Below, one piece after another: positions 61,685 to 64,000 of a DNA stretch of 64,000 nucleotides. Made by a program: the position numbers and the translations under genes. The first letter of the stretch is position 1, and each line of letters opens with the position of its first letter. The notes beneath the pieces were generated by a model. That model did no database searches, had not been told where the DNA came from, and saw only the letters and a list, made by a program, of their open reading frames with translations. Source of the DNA: a virus (taxonomy: Duplodnaviria > Caudoviricetes); IMG/VR virus record IMGVR_UViG_2974674860_000001, positions 1 to 64,000 of that record. The stretch is one strand, 5' to 3'.

Positions 61685-63072
61685 AAGGCCTACACCACCA
61701 CATGACCCTCACCCTCGAACCGCCCCTCAACCCGAACTACGTCGCCACCGTCGTCAAGCTCGGCGCGCCGCACACCCTCGACGGCCTCGACAACCTCGTC
61801 GGCGTGCCCGTCTTCGGCCTCCAGGCACTGACCACCAACGACCACGAGGTCGGCGAACTGATGGTCGCGTTCACCGCGGAGACCCAGCTCTCCGAGGAGT
61901 TCACGAAGATGAACAACCTCTACCGCGATACCGACCTGAACGTCAGCTCGTCGGCGCCCCGTGGCTACCTCGAAGCCAACCGCCGGGTGCGAGCCATCCG
62001 ACTCAAGGGCCATCAGTCCAGCGCGCTACTGTTGCCTGTCTCGTGCATCGAGTACACCGGCATCAACCCGGCCGAACTCGAGGCCGGAATGTCGTTTGAC
62101 CAGCTCAACGGGCATGAAATCTGCCGCAAGTACGTCGTGCCGGTCAAGAGCAACCCGGGCCGCACCGCCAAGCAGGCCGAGAAGGCCTTCCGCAAGGTCG
62201 ACGAGAAGGTCTTCCCGCTCCACATCGACACCGCCAACTTCTGGCGCGCACTGCCCGAACTCAAGGGCCTCGGCGGCGAGCTGATCATCACCCAGAAGCT
62301 CCACGGCACCTCGGTCCGCGCCGGCAACGTCCCGGTCCTCAACCCGCCCATCGAGCCCGCCTTCAACGGCCTGCGCCGCAAGCTCGGCCTCACCCCCAAG
62401 CCAGCCCGACCAGCCACGACCGTCTGGGCCGAAGACACCGAGTTCGTCGTCGGCTCCAAGCGCGTCATCAAGGACGAGGCCAACGCCAGCCAGGGCTTCT
62501 ACGGCGGCGTCGACGTCTTCACCGCCGTCGCCACCGAGCAGCTCGACGGCAAGATCCCCGAGAACTTCATGGTCTACGGCGAGATCATCGGCTGGGTGCC
62601 CGGCACCGACAAGCCGATCCAGAAGGGCTACACCTACAACCTGCCCCAGGGCCGCGCTGACCTCTACATCTACCGCGTCGCCATGATCAACCGCAGCGGC
62701 CAGATCGCCGACCTGTCCTGGGACGCCGTGAAGACCTTCTGCTCCGAGCGCGGACTCAAGTGGGTGCCCGAGTATGCCCGCATCCCCGCCATCCGACTCA
62801 AGCGCGCATTCGGCGACCTCAACATGACGAAACTCGTCGAGGAGTACCTCGACGTTCGCCACGAAGACGTGTGGCTCGACGGCGGGCCCGTGTACCGCGA
62901 GAAGCCCGTCCCGCTCTCCAACAAGAAGACCGTCGACGAGGGCGTCTGCATCCGCCAGGACAACACCGTCCCGACCATCCTCAAGGCCAAGAGCCCCAAG
63001 TTCTTCGAGCACGAGACCAAGCTGCTCGACAAGGGCGAGGTCGACATCGAGAGCGCGGAGTCGGCGGCATGA
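61681..63072 (+). CDS. RNA ligase (Rnl2-like, with an N-terminal OB-like domain)
   Basis: motif I QKLHGTS, YGEIIG, EGVCIR, LKAKS. Confidence 0.85.
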   Translation: MKGLHHHMTLTLEPPLNPNYVATVVKLGAPHTLDGLDNLVGVPVFGLQALTTNDHEVGELMVAFTAETQLSEEFTKMNNLYRDTDLNVSSSAPRGYLEANRRVRAIRLKGHQSSALLLPVSCIEYTGINPAELEAGMSFDQLNGHEICRKYVVPVKSNPGRTAKQAEKAFRKVDEKVFPLHIDTANFWRALPELKGLGGELIITQKLHGTSVRAGNVPVLNPPIEPAFNGLRRKLGLTPKPARPATTVWAEDTEFVVGSKRVIKDEANASQGFYGGVDVFTAVATEQLDGKIPENFMVYGEIIGWVPGTDKPIQKGYTYNLPQGRADLYIYRVAMINRSGQIADLSWDAVKTFCSERGLKWVPEYARIPAIRLKRAFGDLNMTKLVEEYLDVRHEDVWLDGGPVYREKPVPLSNKKTVDEGVCIRQDNTVPTILKAKSPKFFEHETKLLDKGEVDIESAESAA

Positions 63073-63638
63073 CCGAGGAGTACCGACCAGTCCCGGGCTT
63101 CGAGACGCACTATCAGGTCTCGAACCTCGGCAACGTCCGGTCGATCGATCGCACGATCACCGACACCCGCGGCGTTCTACGCAGCATGCGCGGCAAGCAG
63201 CTCTCCGCTGCCTCGCACGCCGACGGATACCGGTACGTGAACCTCCGCATCGGCAGCGACGTCCAGAACGTCGTCAACATCCGCCAGCTCGTGGCCGCCG
63301 CATTCCTCGGCCACCCGCTGCACGACCGATCCAAGGTGATCGTCAACCGCAACGAGGACCGGGCCGATGACCGCGCCGAGAACCTCACGCTCGTCGACGG
63401 CCGATCCTTCCGCGCCGACCTGGTCGCCCGGGCCCGCGAGTCGATCACCGCCCGTGAGGTCTGCGGCCGCGGTCACAAGATGGTCGAGGAGAACATCTAC
63501 GAGCCCGGCCGGCGTTGCCGGGCGTGCCACCTCGGCCGCTCCTACGTGTACCGCAAGGGCCTGACCCGCGCTGACATCGCCCCGGCGTCGGACAAGGCCT
63601 ACGCCAAGCTCCTCGGCATCGAAGGGGTCGCGGCGTGA
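63069..63638 (+). CDS. NUMOD4-HNH family protein with a degenerate active site
   Basis: YRPVPGFETHYQVSNLGNVRS; HNH region lacks the His residues; C-terminal CGRGH...CRAC. Confidence 0.8.
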   Translation: MTEEYRPVPGFETHYQVSNLGNVRSIDRTITDTRGVLRSMRGKQLSAASHADGYRYVNLRIGSDVQNVVNIRQLVAAAFLGHPLHDRSKVIVNRNEDRADDRAENLTLVDGRSFRADLVARARESITAREVCGRGHKMVEENIYEPGRRCRACHLGRSYVYRKGLTRADIAPASDKAYAKLLGIEGVAA

Positions 63639-63958
63639 GGTTCGTCAAGATCACCGTCGACCACTCCCGCACGATCAGCCGCGTGAAAGTCACCGCCGAC
63701 GAGGTCCGCGTGAAGGTCCGCCGGCAGGAGTTCGACGGCCCAACCGCGTGCCAGATCGCGCACGAGGTCGACCGCATCGTCCCCGCCCTCGACCGCAAGC
63801 TCAAGGGCAACCTCTACCTGACCCAGCGATGCGACACGGGAGCCTGGGGCGAAGTCCCCATGCTCTCGCTCCACGACGACCACGGCGAGCGGTTGCGCAT
63901 CGAGTTCGATCCCGCCGGCAACGCGGTGGAGGTCGTCGACCGAGATGCAACCAGCTGA
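63635..63958 (+). CDS. hypothetical protein
   Basis: GTGA-coupled. Confidence 0.7.
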   Translation: MRFVKITVDHSRTISRVKVTADEVRVKVRRQEFDGPTACQIAHEVDRIVPALDRKLKGNLYLTQRCDTGAWGEVPMLSLHDDHGERLRIEFDPAGNAVEVVDRDATS

Positions 63959-64000
63959 TCTCGGAATCTACGTCGACGACGGCGAGCACCAGGCATGGCT
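63945..64000 (+). CDS. partial ORF truncated by the window edge
   Basis: ATG63945 preceded by GGAGG. Confidence 0.4.
   Translation, partial: MQPADLGIYVDDGEHQAW

Overview
High-GC temperate actinobacteriophage with siphovirus gene order; the split lysin A and the lysis cassette inside the tail genes resemble Gordonia-type phages (host is inferred, not shown). Layout: accessory and nucleotide-metabolism genes (ParB-like, thyA, HNH); a 1.2-kb non-coding structured region with a tRNA-like element; head and tail genes (2936-aa tape measure); lysis genes; minor tails; lsr2; an ExoVII (xseAB) operon; tyrosine integrase with attP; a leftward recombination/replication operon; an XRE repressor at 60.2 kb; then a nucleotidyltransferase, RNA ligase and NUMOD4-HNH gene. 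Main finding, not in the ORF track: a minus-strand tRNA-Lys(UUU) gene (42131-41821) whose anticodon is interrupted by a 238-nt Azoarcus-like IC3 group I intron. It lies 151 nt from a 20-bp attP-like core that matches only the anticodon arm of tRNA-Lys(UUU). This suggests the phage disrupts the host tRNA on integration and supplies a self-splicing replacement whose intron hides a second att core. Other notable signals: a ~60-nt-periodic array of mini-ORFs with an R-G-P-P motif upstream of lsr2, a 57-aa EF-Ts N-domain-like protein, an Acb2/Tad1-like protein, a very acidic 41-aa protein, an origin-like hairpin cluster inside the rep gene, and at least 15 copies of a 16-bp asymmetric operator-like motif (TGTTGCGTGTCTCGTR). 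All protein family calls are by-eye motif recognition; no database searches were run.
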